From a virus: a DNA stretch of 64,000 nt. The notes beneath the pieces were generated by a model. The model was not told the origin of the DNA and did no database searches. It saw only the letters and a program-made list of their open reading frames with translations. The stretch lies in IMG/VR virus record IMGVR_UViG_3300045988_144418, positions 32,001 to 96,000 of that record. One strand, 5' to 3'. Within the stretch, counting starts at the first letter, position 1. Each line of letters opens with the position of its first letter. The position numbers and the translations under genes are program-made. Positions 37,478 to 47,674 of the stretch are shown piece after piece.

Positions 37478-39399
37478 AACTAAGAAATGAAATCCTCCGT
37501 TTGAATTCTCTGTATAGGCAGGGCAAGCCGGAGGTCAGTGATGTTGAGTACGATTCACTTGTGGAGCAACTGAGGGCTATATCTCCTGATGATGATTTCT
37601 TCAAGTCTGGTGTTGCTGAAAAGGCAACGGATAGAATGCAGAAACTCCCTCTTCCTATGTTTTCTCTGGAGAAAATAAAGACGTTTAAGGAGTTTTTGAC
37701 GTGGGTTGATAGGATGGTTATGGCTGGGTGTAAAAATCTCGTAATAACGCCTAAATATGACGGAATAAGTCTTCTTATCAGTGAACTGTCACAGGCTGCC
37801 TGGACAAGGGGTGACGGTGTGCAGGGTCAGCGGAGTGACGCACACTTTTCACGAATGAAGAATGGTGAGGTTGAACAGCCTGTGTTTGAATACATATGGG
37901 GTGAAGCTATCTGTTCCAAAAAGGATTTTGAATCCGTTAAGGGTGAGTACAAGAATGCTCGCAATATGGTTGCAGGTTTGTTCAATTCTCCTATGGGGGC
38001 TAATACAGAACAGATAGGGGCTGTCACCTTTGTAAGGTATGGCATTGATTCTGATGAAAATAAATCCGTTCAACTGGATTATCTTAATGGTCGTTACCAA
38101 TATACTACAACATACAGACTGATACAGATTGAAAACATTCTTATGTATAATGAGAATGATGTGCTGGATATGTTGGATAGGTTTTATAGAGAATGGAAGC
38201 TGGAGTATCAAATAGACGGTCTGGTGATTGAAGCTAATGAAAACAGTGTTCGAAAGAAGCTGGGTCGTAAGCCGAATGGAAATCCTGACTATGCTATTGC
38301 ATTTAAGAGGGAGGAGTGGTTGCAGTTCTATACAACGACCGTGGAAAAGGTTGAATGGAATGTTAGCAAGGATGGCTGTCTGTGTCCTGTGGTATGCGTA
38401 AAGCCTGTTGAAATGGAGAGTGCTACTGTTTCCAAGGTGACAGGGTATAATGCTAAATATATTCTTGACAATCATATTGCAGGTGGTTCTACAATAGACA
38501 TCATTCGTAGTGGCGACGTCATTCCAAAGCACATTAGAACACTTGGTTATTCTCCAGAAATATGTTCGAAGGAATTTCCTACTGTCTGTCCATGCTGTGG
38601 TAAGCCTGTTCAATGGGATGCTACGCATACTGAGCTTGTATGTGTGAATGAGAACTGTAAACAGCAGGTCATTTCTCGTATGGTGTATTTCTTCAGGACG
38701 ATGGGCTGCGAGGGTTTTGATGAACCTATTGTACGTCGCCTGTATGACGCTGGAATGGATAGTGTTCAGCTTGTTGTGGCAAGTAGGTCAATGGCATTTA
38801 TGCACATACTTGGGGAGAACAAGGGGCTGGCTGTGTATAATGAGATTCAGAATAGGGTGCTTAATACAAAGAACCCTGTCGCAAGACTTATGACTGCATA
38901 TAATGTTTTTGGAGGCGTTCTTGCCGAAAAGACGGCTCAAAGCATTATAGATGGCAGTGAAGCAGTTCAATATCTGTTGGATATCCATGAACCTATCAGG
39001 GATAATGATATTCTGGCAGATATTCTGGCAGTTCTTCGTGCGGAGCTTTGTTCTATTCCTGGTGTGGGTGCTGTCACGGCTGATACATTCATCACAGGTA
39101 TGAATAAGTTTTTGGATATGAGATGCCTGTATCTTTATTACATTTGCACTCCTAAGAAAATTTTGGCTGACAACTGTATGTATGTCTGCATGACAGGTTT
39201 TAGGGATAAGGAACTGGAGAATGAGCTTATAAAACAGGGACATGAGGTTCTGAATGGCGTTACGGCCAAGTGTACAGTTCTTGTGGTGGCTGATTTGAAT
39301 TCAACAAGCAGTAAGATGCAAAAGGCTCAGAAGATGGGAATTCGTATTGTGGACAGAAAGACATTTGAAAATGAAATATACGGCAAAGAAAATAAGTAA
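37465..39399 (+). CDS. ligA: NAD-dependent DNA ligase
   Basis: Adenylation KxDG (TPKYDGISL), DGLVIEA, Cys4 zinc finger CPCCGK...CVNENC, C-terminal BRCT-like MTGFRDKELE...VLVVAD. Confidence 0.9.
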   Translation: MFHIELRNEILRLNSLYRQGKPEVSDVEYDSLVEQLRAISPDDDFFKSGVAEKATDRMQKLPLPMFSLEKIKTFKEFLTWVDRMVMAGCKNLVITPKYDGISLLISELSQAAWTRGDGVQGQRSDAHFSRMKNGEVEQPVFEYIWGEAICSKKDFESVKGEYKNARNMVAGLFNSPMGANTEQIGAVTFVRYGIDSDENKSVQLDYLNGRYQYTTTYRLIQIENILMYNENDVLDMLDRFYREWKLEYQIDGLVIEANENSVRKKLGRKPNGNPDYAIAFKREEWLQFYTTTVEKVEWNVSKDGCLCPVVCVKPVEMESATVSKVTGYNAKYILDNHIAGGSTIDIIRSGDVIPKHIRTLGYSPEICSKEFPTVCPCCGKPVQWDATHTELVCVNENCKQQVISRMVYFFRTMGCEGFDEPIVRRLYDAGMDSVQLVVASRSMAFMHILGENKGLAVYNEIQNRVLNTKNPVARLMTAYNVFGGVLAEKTAQSIIDGSEAVQYLLDIHEPIRDNDILADILAVLRAELCSIPGVGAVTADTFITGMNKFLDMRCLYLYYICTPKKILADNCMYVCMTGFRDKELENELIKQGHEVLNGVTAKCTVLVVADLNSTSSKMQKAQKMGIRIVDRKTFENEIYGKENK

Positions 39400-39589
39400 A
39401 GGGCATTATTTGTATCGTGGTTATCGTATCAATTGTGTTGGTTATTATGCCCCTGATAAACATAAATGTTGGGAAGCAGTTGATAAGGACGGTACTGGAT
39501 TCGCTCATTCTTATTCTTTGCGTATGACCAAGGCACTTGTGGATGACGAGGTGGCCAGAAAGGAACGTGGTGAGGAGGACGGATGGTGA
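39371..39589 (+). CDS. hypothetical small protein
   Basis: 72 aa from ATG 39371; overlaps the ligA stop and the SNF2 start. Confidence 0.4.
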   Translation: MKYTAKKISKGHYLYRGYRINCVGYYAPDKHKCWEAVDKDGTGFAHSYSLRMTKALVDDEVARKERGEEDGW

Positions 39590-41253
39590 TGCGGTATTTC
39601 TATCGTGACAGTGCTTGGTGGCACATCGGGTTTAGTTATGATCCAGAGTTGGTAAAGGAAGTCAAGTCCTTTGCCAATTCCGGATTTAACCCTGAATTGC
39701 GTGAATGGTATGTTCCTGTTCATATAACTACATCGGCAGCGGTGCAGAAGTGGCTTGCAGACCACAATTTTCGGGAAGAAAGGGTATATACACCATCCAA
39801 GAGAGTTGTGGAGTATCAGGAACCACCTGAAGTGATTACGGCTGACGATGTGCTTGCGGCATGTAAGGAAGTTAGCCTGAAGCGCACACCACGACACTAT
39901 CAGGCGGAGGGCATTGCCTATATGATTAATCACGGTAACTGCATCAATGGAGATGGCTGTGGGCTTGGTAAAACCGGACAATCTATTGTTACTGTAGAGC
40001 TTATGGATGTCTTTCCTACGCTTGTCATCTGTCCAGCGTCCGTTAAATACAACTGGAAAAAGGAGTGGCAGAAGTGGAATCCAGCCAGAACGGTGGGTAT
40101 AGTGGAATCGGGAAAGAAGTATGATGAATCCGTATGGAACAGTGACGTGGTGGTTATAAACTTTGATATTCTCGGTGAGCGAAGTACGGATAAGCCAAAG
40201 GTGAAATACAAGGAGCTTCTGAAAAAATACTGGGGTTCGTGTATAATTGATGAGATCCACTTTTTAAAGTCAGAAAAGGCGATACGCACCCGAATGACTA
40301 AGAAGATAACGAAGCATATTGCTCACGTGTGGGGGTTGACTGGAACGCTGACGCAGAACCGTCCTTTGGAACTCATTCAGCCTTACCAGATACTTCGTAG
40401 GTTCAGCGAAATCTTTGGTGACACTCTTGCATTCAAGTTCAGGTACTGTGATGCAAAGAAGACGATGTTTGGTTTTGATGCGAGTGGATTCAGCAACTTG
40501 GAGGAGCTTCACGAATTGTTGCGAATGGCTGGATATATTCGACGGGATAAGAGGGATGTGCTTACGGAACTTCCACCTGTCATAGAGCAGATTGTGGATG
40601 CTCCTATAAGCAATGCGAGAGAATATCATCATGCGAAGGATGATCTATTGAATTATCTGGAAACAATAGACGTGGAAAAGACAAGTTCAGCGGCCAATGC
40701 TCCTCATCTTGTTATGTTGAATACACTTCGTACGTTGAGCATTGTCGGGAAGATGGCCTTTATTAAGTCCTATATTCAGGAATGGCTGGAATCCAACGAG
40801 GAGAAGCAGCTTGCTGTCTTTGGTGTGCATCGTGAGCTGCTTCAGGAGCTTGCTGATCATTTTAAGGCTCCAGTCATACAGGGTGGTGTGTCCATAGAGA
40901 ACAAGCAGAGAATCGTGGATGCCTTTGCGGCACGGAAGCATCGTCTTCTGTTTGCCAATATTCAGTCGGCTGGAACTGGAACGGACGGTCTTCAGACACA
41001 CTGTTCGGACATGATATACATAGAGCTTCCGGATAGAAGCACTGATGTTGAGCAGACAAACGCTCGACTGGAGCGTATGGGGCAGAAGAATACCATAACA
41101 GTCACCTATCTGCTGTCACCTGAAACAATTGATGTTGAGATGAAGGAAACACTGGACGGCAAGAAGATGCTTACTGACATTGTAAATGCAGGACACAGTG
41201 AGAATGAACTTATTGCTATGAAATTCTTTAGAAATCGCAGGAGGAATTCTTGA
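39583..41253 (+). CDS. SNF2-family helicase/ATPase
   Basis: Motif I GLGKTGQ, motif II DEIHFLK, motif III LTGTLTQNR, C-terminal helicase motifs (QSAGTGTDGLQ). Confidence 0.85.
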   Translation: MVMRYFYRDSAWWHIGFSYDPELVKEVKSFANSGFNPELREWYVPVHITTSAAVQKWLADHNFREERVYTPSKRVVEYQEPPEVITADDVLAACKEVSLKRTPRHYQAEGIAYMINHGNCINGDGCGLGKTGQSIVTVELMDVFPTLVICPASVKYNWKKEWQKWNPARTVGIVESGKKYDESVWNSDVVVINFDILGERSTDKPKVKYKELLKKYWGSCIIDEIHFLKSEKAIRTRMTKKITKHIAHVWGLTGTLTQNRPLELIQPYQILRRFSEIFGDTLAFKFRYCDAKKTMFGFDASGFSNLEELHELLRMAGYIRRDKRDVLTELPPVIEQIVDAPISNAREYHHAKDDLLNYLETIDVEKTSSAANAPHLVMLNTLRTLSIVGKMAFIKSYIQEWLESNEEKQLAVFGVHRELLQELADHFKAPVIQGGVSIENKQRIVDAFAARKHRLLFANIQSAGTGTDGLQTHCSDMIYIELPDRSTDVEQTNARLERMGQKNTITVTYLLSPETIDVEMKETLDGKKMLTDIVNAGHSENELIAMKFFRNRRRNS

Positions 41254-41288
41254 TATTTTCGTTATATGTGTAATAAATAATTTTGTGG

Positions 41289-41465
41289 ATGGAAACACTA
41301 AAAAGATTCAAGTGTCGGTTCTTTGGCAGCAAGGAACGTAAGGGTCAGATCACACGGCAGACTGTTTTTGTCACGACCTATGATCGTGCTATGGTTGAGG
41401 AAGTTCTCAACAATCAGGGGTGGATTAAGATTAACGGTCTGAAGATAAGGGAATGCGAAGAATAG
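41289..41465 (+). CDS. hypothetical small protein
   Basis: 58 aa from ATG 41289. Confidence 0.3.
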   Translation: METLKRFKCRFFGSKERKGQITRQTVFVTTYDRAMVEEVLNNQGWIKINGLKIRECEE

Positions 41466-41929
41466 ACATATACACTGACGGCAGCTGTAACGCACGAATT
41501 AGAGTAGGTGGCTACGGTGTGTATGTTAAGGAGGAAGGACGTGAAACGGTTATTCATCAGGGCTATACTCACACCACGACGGCACGGATGGAAATGAGGG
41601 CTGTGCTTCATGCGATACGCTTGGTATCCAACGAATCCATGGACGTTTATATTCATTCTGATTCTCAATTTGTGGTAAATGCGTTTAAGGAAGGATGGCT
41701 GTCCAGATGGCGGCTATCTAATTTTGTTGGGGTGAAGAACACTCCTATCTGGAAGGCTATTGCGCTTGAATTGGCAAAAAGACCACAGGTTCATTTTCAC
41801 ATTAGATGGCTTCACGGACACCAGAAGGATATTCTGGACGAGACCGTGTTCGGGAACACGGTGGCGGATGCACTTGCCGACTACAAGAATCAGGAATCAT
41901 ACATTAAAGACACTGATGACAATATATGA
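41453..41929 (+). CDS. rnhA: ribonuclease HI
   Basis: IYTDGSC, TTARMEMRA, IHSDSQFV, WLHGH...NTVADALA (DEDD catalytic set). Confidence 0.85.
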   Translation: MRRIDIYTDGSCNARIRVGGYGVYVKEEGRETVIHQGYTHTTTARMEMRAVLHAIRLVSNESMDVYIHSDSQFVVNAFKEGWLSRWRLSNFVGVKNTPIWKAIALELAKRPQVHFHIRWLHGHQKDILDETVFGNTVADALADYKNQESYIKDTDDNI

Positions 41930-43380
41930 CACCAGACAAGTATCAACAGGCGGTGATTGATGAATATAGGCGCACCAATCACAATATCTTTATAAGCGCG
42001 ACGGCAGGAAGTGGCAAGACCACCTGTCTTTTGGAACTTGCCAAGAGAACTCCTCCTATTAAGTCTTCCATCTTTCTTGCATTTAACAAGTCTATTGCCG
42101 AGGAACTTGGCAGGAAGCTTCCTCCTACGGTTAAGGCTATGACGCTTCACGGATGTGCACTGGCGGCTCTTTGTAAGGCGTTTTCTCTGAAGTTTACAAT
42201 CAAGGAAAACAAGTATTTTAGTATAGCGAGTGAGATTCTGGAATCACATAAGGTGCATTTCAAGCGGATTCCTGGACTTGCCGTGCGTATGTGCAGACTG
42301 CACGATCTTATGCGATACAATCTTGTCAGTGGTGGTGTGGATGAGATCTGTGTCCTTGCTGAGAGATACGGTGAGGACTGTGATGAGAAAATGGCTGGAT
42401 ACGCCTATGAGCTGTATTCAGCGGCAAGGCGAGCGGCTGACACGTTCTTTTCAGGTGGCGGTCAGGGAACCATCTCCATGGACTTCACGGATATGCTTGT
42501 GTGGGCGGTGAAATATGTACCTCAAGCGGAGTTCAAGCAGTATAGTGTGGTGATGTGTGATGAGTGTCAGGACATTAGTGCATTACAATATGAGTTGATA
42601 AAGAGATTGAAGACTCCAAAGGGGCGTCTTGTGGCTGTGGGTGATCCAAGACAGTCCATCTATTCATTTCAGGGTTCTAATCTGGATTCGCTCCATGCCA
42701 TACAGAATTCGCTTAATACAGTGACGCTACCTTTGTCCATCACCTATCGTTGTGCCAAGGCCATTGTCAAGGAGGCTCAAAGGGTGTTTCCGGAGGGCAT
42801 AGAAGCGGCTCCGACAGCTGTTGAGGGTACGGTCACGAGGGGGCGACTTAATGAGGCCGTTGAGGGTGACTTCATCCTATGTCGTAATAATGCACCATTG
42901 ATAGATGCTTGGTTGAAGCTTGTTAAGATGGGTCGTAGGTGCGTGATACTCGGCAAGGATTTCGGTGATGCTCTTATGGAGCTTCTGGACAATGCGGAGT
43001 GTGTGGATGACCTGGAGAAGCCGCTTGTGGATCTTCTGGAGCGACTGCATCGTAAGGGCATTGAAAGACCTGAGAGAACAGAGGCATACGCCAATCTGGA
43101 TGAAAAGGTGAATATTCTGCTGAACCTGTTTGACTTCTTTGGTAGCCTTGAGGCAGTGAGAGAAAGAATTTTTGATATTTTTGTGGAAAACGCTGATGAG
43201 AAGCACGTTATTTTATCAACAATTCACAAATCCAAGGGGCTTGAAGCTGATAGAGTGTTCTTCCTTGAACCAGAGTTGATTCCAAGCAGGTTTGCGACAA
43301 CGGAATTGTCTATGTATGCCGAGAAGTGCCTTATGTTTGTGGCTATTACACGAGCGAAGAAAGAATTGATTTACATATAG
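41926..43380 (+). CDS. UvrD/PcrA-like superfamily 1 helicase (paralogue 1)
   Basis: ATAGSGKTT (Ia), DECQD (II), VGDPRQSIY (III), TIHKSKGLEADRVF (V/VI). Confidence 0.8.
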   Translation: MTPDKYQQAVIDEYRRTNHNIFISATAGSGKTTCLLELAKRTPPIKSSIFLAFNKSIAEELGRKLPPTVKAMTLHGCALAALCKAFSLKFTIKENKYFSIASEILESHKVHFKRIPGLAVRMCRLHDLMRYNLVSGGVDEICVLAERYGEDCDEKMAGYAYELYSAARRAADTFFSGGGQGTISMDFTDMLVWAVKYVPQAEFKQYSVVMCDECQDISALQYELIKRLKTPKGRLVAVGDPRQSIYSFQGSNLDSLHAIQNSLNTVTLPLSITYRCAKAIVKEAQRVFPEGIEAAPTAVEGTVTRGRLNEAVEGDFILCRNNAPLIDAWLKLVKMGRRCVILGKDFGDALMELLDNAECVDDLEKPLVDLLERLHRKGIERPERTEAYANLDEKVNILLNLFDFFGSLEAVRERIFDIFVENADEKHVILSTIHKSKGLEADRVFFLEPELIPSRFATTELSMYAEKCLMFVAITRAKKELIYI

Positions 43381-43382
43381 TT

Positions 43383-43802
43383 ATGGAAAAAAAAAAGGAA
43401 TTTAAGATTTACATTATTGTACCAAGGGGTAAGAATCGTGTATTGCTTAACTGTAATAACATGAAGTCTATGCAGGGCTTAACACCGACAGCTGAGATTC
43501 TTGCCACACATTTTCAAGCGGAGCGGGTGCGTGTGGAAATCTGGAAAAGAGACCACCCCGAATGGTGTAGATTATCAGTTAATCAAAAAAGGGCTTCAGC
43601 GGAACAGTCTTACAGGCCACAGCCTCTCTACATCGAAACGGAGCCTGACAGGTTCCAGGACATTGTGGACGAGGTTAAGAATAAGGTTACTGGATGTAAT
43701 GACTTATCACATATTGCTCTGACAATGGGTTCCGTCTATATACCTTGCTGTATCATAAGTGCGTTCCATCCTGAGGAATACGAAAAACAATCCATTAAAT
43801 AA
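43383..43802 (+). CDS. hypothetical protein
   Basis: 139 aa from ATG 43383; A10 run at 43387-43396 in codons 2-5. Confidence 0.5.
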   Translation: MEKKKEFKIYIIVPRGKNRVLLNCNNMKSMQGLTPTAEILATHFQAERVRVEIWKRDHPEWCRLSVNQKRASAEQSYRPQPLYIETEPDRFQDIVDEVKNKVTGCNDLSHIALTMGSVYIPCCIISAFHPEEYEKQSIK

Positions 43803-43814
43803 AAGAAGATTACG

Positions 43815-45431
43815 ATGAACACAAGAATTCTTTTTGGAAAGGACGCAAGAGCAGCTCTGCTCGCTGGAGCGGAGGAGCTCTATTCAGCGGTGGCGTCCAC
43901 ACTCGGACCGAGAGGTCACACGGTTGCGATTGATAAGGGGTACGGCATACCTCATATCACCAAGGATGGTGTGACGGTGGCTCGTGCCTATGACATTGAT
44001 GATCCGATGAAGCGAATGGGCGCAACACTCGTTAAGATGGTGGCTGCAAAGACCTGTGATCAAGCAGGTGACGGAACCACCACGGCCACGATATTGTCCT
44101 ACGCTATGATGAAGCGTGGTGTGTGTGGCTCGGTGAACATACAGAATCCGCATGAGTATCGCAGAGGTATGGAAGACGCACTGGATGAGGCTGTCAGCTA
44201 TATTAAGTCCAGTGCTGTAAAGATAGAGCCTGACGAGATTGACAAAATCAGACAGGTGGCCAAGGTGTCAGCCAACGGTGATGATATGGTGGCTGATCTT
44301 ATTACATCGGCGATAGAGAGTGTCGGCAATGACGGCATCATTACCGTTGAGGAGAGCACCAAGGGAGATGAATCCACGGTGGAGGTTACAACTGGCTTTC
44401 AGTGGAGTAAGGGGATTATAAATCCATATTTTGTTACTGACAGTGAGCGAATGGAGTGTGTTCTGGATAAGCCGTATGTTCTTATCTGGGGTCAAAACAT
44501 CAATTATGTTCAGGAGATTCTTGCTGTGGTGCAGACTGTATATACAGCCAAGAGATCCCTTTTGATTGTAGCTCCAAACGCTTCCAATGACGTGATAAAG
44601 TTTCTTGTCACAAACGTTCAGCAGAATAACGGTCTAAAGGCATGTTTTGTAAAGGCTCCAGGATTCGGTCAGATGCAGAAAGACTTGATGCAGGATTTGG
44701 CTGTAAAGGTGGGCGGCAAAATTGTTGGTGAGGAATACGGTAATGCCATGGAGTCATTTGGAACTGACTGGCTTGGTGAGGTGGACAAGGCCACAATCTC
44801 AGCCAATAGAACCGTTCTCGTGGGCGGTGCTGGAAAGTCTGTGGATATAGATGCTCGAATAGAATTCATCAGGAATGAAATGGCTGAAAACTCCAACACC
44901 TATGATAGAGAAAAGTATAGAGAGCGCATCAGTCGTCTTACAGGCGGTGCGGCTGTCATCTATGTAGGTGCGGACAGTGAAGTGGAGATGAATGAGCGCA
45001 AGGATAGAGTGGATGACGCCATTGCGGCCACCAGAGCCGCTCTTGATGAGGGTTATGTTCCGGGAGGGGGGACAATTCAGTATAAGATAGCCAAGATTCT
45101 GGAAAGGTCACTGGATGACAACCCAAAATGGAGCACCGATTATTTGGAGGGCTACCGTACTGTGATTGATGCCCTGAAGAAACACTTTCACATTCTATGT
45201 GAGAATGCAGGAGTGGAGCCTATTCGGATTGAGGTTATGATGGACTTGAAGTCCACGGCATTACAGCAGGGCTACAATCCATTTACTAACAGTATAGAGG
45301 ATATGTATAAGGCTGGCGTGATAGATCCAGCCAAGGTCACACGAACATCACTGGAGAATGCTGTGTCGGTGGCCGTTCAGTTCCTCGGTATGTCGTGCGC
45401 TATGTCAGGTGAGGAGGCTAAGAAAGTATGA
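43815..45431 (+). CDS. groEL: GroEL-type chaperonin (Cpn60)
   Basis: AVASTLGPRGHTVAIDKGYG.PHITKDGVTVA, DQAGDGTTTATIL, VGADSEVEMNERKDRVDDA, GGG motif; 538 aa. Confidence 0.9.
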   Translation: MNTRILFGKDARAALLAGAEELYSAVASTLGPRGHTVAIDKGYGIPHITKDGVTVARAYDIDDPMKRMGATLVKMVAAKTCDQAGDGTTTATILSYAMMKRGVCGSVNIQNPHEYRRGMEDALDEAVSYIKSSAVKIEPDEIDKIRQVAKVSANGDDMVADLITSAIESVGNDGIITVEESTKGDESTVEVTTGFQWSKGIINPYFVTDSERMECVLDKPYVLIWGQNINYVQEILAVVQTVYTAKRSLLIVAPNASNDVIKFLVTNVQQNNGLKACFVKAPGFGQMQKDLMQDLAVKVGGKIVGEEYGNAMESFGTDWLGEVDKATISANRTVLVGGAGKSVDIDARIEFIRNEMAENSNTYDREKYRERISRLTGGAAVIYVGADSEVEMNERKDRVDDAIAATRAALDEGYVPGGGTIQYKIAKILERSLDDNPKWSTDYLEGYRTVIDALKKHFHILCENAGVEPIRIEVMMDLKSTALQQGYNPFTNSIEDMYKAGVIDPAKVTRTSLENAVSVAVQFLGMSCAMSGEEAKKV

Positions 45432-45652
45432 GCAGAAAGATCATTGGTAAGGGCGACATTGTTCGCATACGCCACAATACGTCAGATCATTTCTTCAAGG
45501 AGAACGAGCTTGTGGTTGTCAAGGAGACGTACCCTCTATATGAGGATGATCCTGAATATCTAAAGTGTGCCAACAGAGAGACACACTGGATGGTTAATAT
45601 GGAGGACGTCACTCTGTTTGAGCGCAACCCACACCCTGACGACGATGAATAA
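45428..45652 (+). CDS. hypothetical small protein
   Basis: 74 aa, ATGA-coupled to groEL; does not look like GroES. Confidence 0.5.
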   Translation: MSRKIIGKGDIVRIRHNTSDHFFKENELVVVKETYPLYEDDPEYLKCANRETHWMVNMEDVTLFERNPHPDDDE

Positions 45653-45675
45653 AGATCAAGTTTAATCAATTAAAT

Positions 45676-45688
45676 AAAAATGATTATG
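45676..45688 (+). promoter_or_regulatory. start-codon-abutting motif, short variant (AAAAATGATTATG)
   Basis: Partial match to the recurrent motif. Confidence 0.25.
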
Positions 45689-46144
45689 TATTACGAAGTA
45701 AGAGTTAAGAGAACGTGCATCACTGACGGCAACGCCTATGGCACGCTGAAGGAGTCCTATCTGGTCAATGCGGTGAGCTACACTGACGCTGAGGCAAGTG
45801 TGGCTCGCTATATGGAGACTGTTTATCCAGGAGCCGAGTACAGCGTTCAGCGCATTTCCAAGAGCAGGGTTGAGGACTATGTTCAGAAGGAATCGGCCGA
45901 TGGTCAGAAAAAGCCTGAAGCTTATTACAAGGTGCGTTGTGCCTATGTGGAGGACATTGACGGTCACGCCAAGAAGCGTAAAGTGATGGTACTCGTGAAC
46001 GCTTTTGACGTGGAAGAGGCCGCTTTAACGGCATTGTCCATCTATGACCCTGATGGAGATCTGAAGCATGAAGAAGTCGTGAAAGTGGAGAAGACATCCA
46101 TTGTTGACGTTATAGACATAAGTGGTGAAGAACTTAGGTCATAG
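45680..46144 (+). CDS. hypothetical protein (DUF4494-like, two internal repeats)
   Basis: YEVRVKR...ESYLVNAVSYTDAEA and YYKVRCAY...VLVNAFDVEEAA resemble the Bacteroidota DUF4494 pattern (from memory); start is either 45680 or 45686. Confidence 0.45.
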   Translation: MIMYYEVRVKRTCITDGNAYGTLKESYLVNAVSYTDAEASVARYMETVYPGAEYSVQRISKSRVEDYVQKESADGQKKPEAYYKVRCAYVEDIDGHAKKRKVMVLVNAFDVEEAALTALSIYDPDGDLKHEEVVKVEKTSIVDVIDISGEELRS

Positions 46145-46160
46145 TTTAGTGTGTGAATCA

Positions 46161-46205
46161 CCCCTGTCGTGGAGGAAGTCTTCGGCAGGGGTTAATTTCT
46201 TTTAC
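46161..46205 (+). terminator. rho-independent terminator
   Basis: cccctgtcg ... cggcagggg (one mismatch) followed by ttaatttctttt. Confidence 0.6.
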
Positions 46206-46207
46206 CT

Positions 46208-47653
46208 ATGTCGAATGGAAAATCAGTACCGAAGCGAGTGATAACTGAGCAGGACGTGGAACGCATTATGCGAACAGCTCCTGACTGGATTATGGATGCG
46301 GCTGACGAGATACATGATTTATATGTGGCGGCTGAATGGGCAAAGGAGGAGCGTGACCTGTCTCCAAAACGATATTTTGATATTACCCTGAATGCAGGCA
46401 CGGCCAAGGAGAAGGAACTTCACATTGACTTCCAGCAAACGGTGAATCCGTCATCAGTTATCAAGTCATCAGGCGGCACACTGGAGGATATGCAGAGAGC
46501 CAATGGAGCACGTCTCGGCTATCTGGCTCTTGACCGTGCCTACAACAATGCTGTTCTCGCCCTGAATACGGCCTTGGGCATACGAAGTCGCAAGCCAAGG
46601 AACATCGTGGACTATACAGGCACGATAATGGAGCTGTTCGGCAAGTTCTACACTGTGGCTGACGTGCACAACGTGTTAAGCAAGGAGTATCGTATAAAGG
46701 TTCCTGAGGACGAGCTTCGTAAGTTCTATGTGGAGCATCGTGATCTGATAACCAAGCGTAGAGCCGAGTATGTACTGAATAGCAAGGAGTTCAGAATAGC
46801 CACTGAAACAGGTCGTCTGGAGGTGTTGAACAAGCTTCTTGTGGAGTTCGAGGTGAAGAACAAGGCGGCAGGAGGAAGCAATCTGGAGATATCCAGCATG
46901 ATTTTGCGCATCATTGAACAGGCACGCAAGGAGGTCAAGGGGAACGAGCTGAAGATGACCGTGGACGGACGAATAGACGTGTCAGCCACGGTTCACGCAG
47001 AATCCAACGTGATGGATGTGATGAAGCATCTGTCCATTAACGCTCTTGTCATCGGTCTGACAGCGGCCAAGGCAGGACTGAATCCAGCCGTGTTGATAGG
47101 ACAGCTCGCGAACAGTTGGTATAGTCAGTTTAACGGATTCAACGGCAACATTATGGAGGGTAAGGAAGTGCGTCTTCCTTCCGCACTGATACGTTCCTAT
47201 GACTGGGATGTGATAGCCAAGGAGAGCAAGGCGTTTATCGGGGAATTTAAGCCCATTACGGATGTTGTTGATGAGCAGGACACCATTGCTCGGGAACAGG
47301 GTGAAAGTCGTCGTGAGGAGCTTGTAAATCGTCTTAGAAACATAAAGAATGCGAAGAACAGAGAACAGGAAAGAGCCAACCCTTACACCACGGACGGACT
47401 GCCAGAGGAGGCCTCCGGAGGTCTGGTGGCAGCCCCTGTCACGGCAGGAGAAGGAGCAGCGGAGCCAAAGCATGAATTTGAAGTGGATTACGCCTTAAAT
47501 AACAATCAGAAGCAGAAACATAACATTCGCATTCGGGGGAAGATACGTGAATCCATTGACCGTCATGCGGCTCAGAGGGGGGTTACGGCTGAGAAAAGGC
47601 GCAAGGCCAGAGTCGTGCGTAGGAAGGACGCCAATAAGGGCAAGAATGAATAG
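46208..47653 (+). CDS. hypothetical protein with basic C-terminal tail
   Basis: 481-aa ORF after a terminator hairpin. Confidence 0.6.
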   Translation: MSNGKSVPKRVITEQDVERIMRTAPDWIMDAADEIHDLYVAAEWAKEERDLSPKRYFDITLNAGTAKEKELHIDFQQTVNPSSVIKSSGGTLEDMQRANGARLGYLALDRAYNNAVLALNTALGIRSRKPRNIVDYTGTIMELFGKFYTVADVHNVLSKEYRIKVPEDELRKFYVEHRDLITKRRAEYVLNSKEFRIATETGRLEVLNKLLVEFEVKNKAAGGSNLEISSMILRIIEQARKEVKGNELKMTVDGRIDVSATVHAESNVMDVMKHLSINALVIGLTAAKAGLNPAVLIGQLANSWYSQFNGFNGNIMEGKEVRLPSALIRSYDWDVIAKESKAFIGEFKPITDVVDEQDTIAREQGESRREELVNRLRNIKNAKNREQERANPYTTDGLPEEASGGLVAAPVTAGEGAAEPKHEFEVDYALNNNQKQKHNIRIRGKIRESIDRHAAQRGVTAEKRRKARVVRRKDANKGKNE

Positions 47654-47674
47654 AATTGCTATATTTGCAGCGTT

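Noticed and set aside
43387-43396. A10 homopolymer in codons 2-5 of the 43383 gene, considered as a slippage or phase-variation site
   Set aside because: It encodes a plausible KKK run, and there is no alternative frame with an extended ORF. It cannot be evaluated without population read data, so it is noted only.
45428-45652. The 74-aa ORF after groEL, considered as GroES
   Set aside because: It is too short and lacks the mobile-loop and beta-barrel pattern of Cpn10. I kept it as hypothetical and mention it only as a possible unrelated co-factor.
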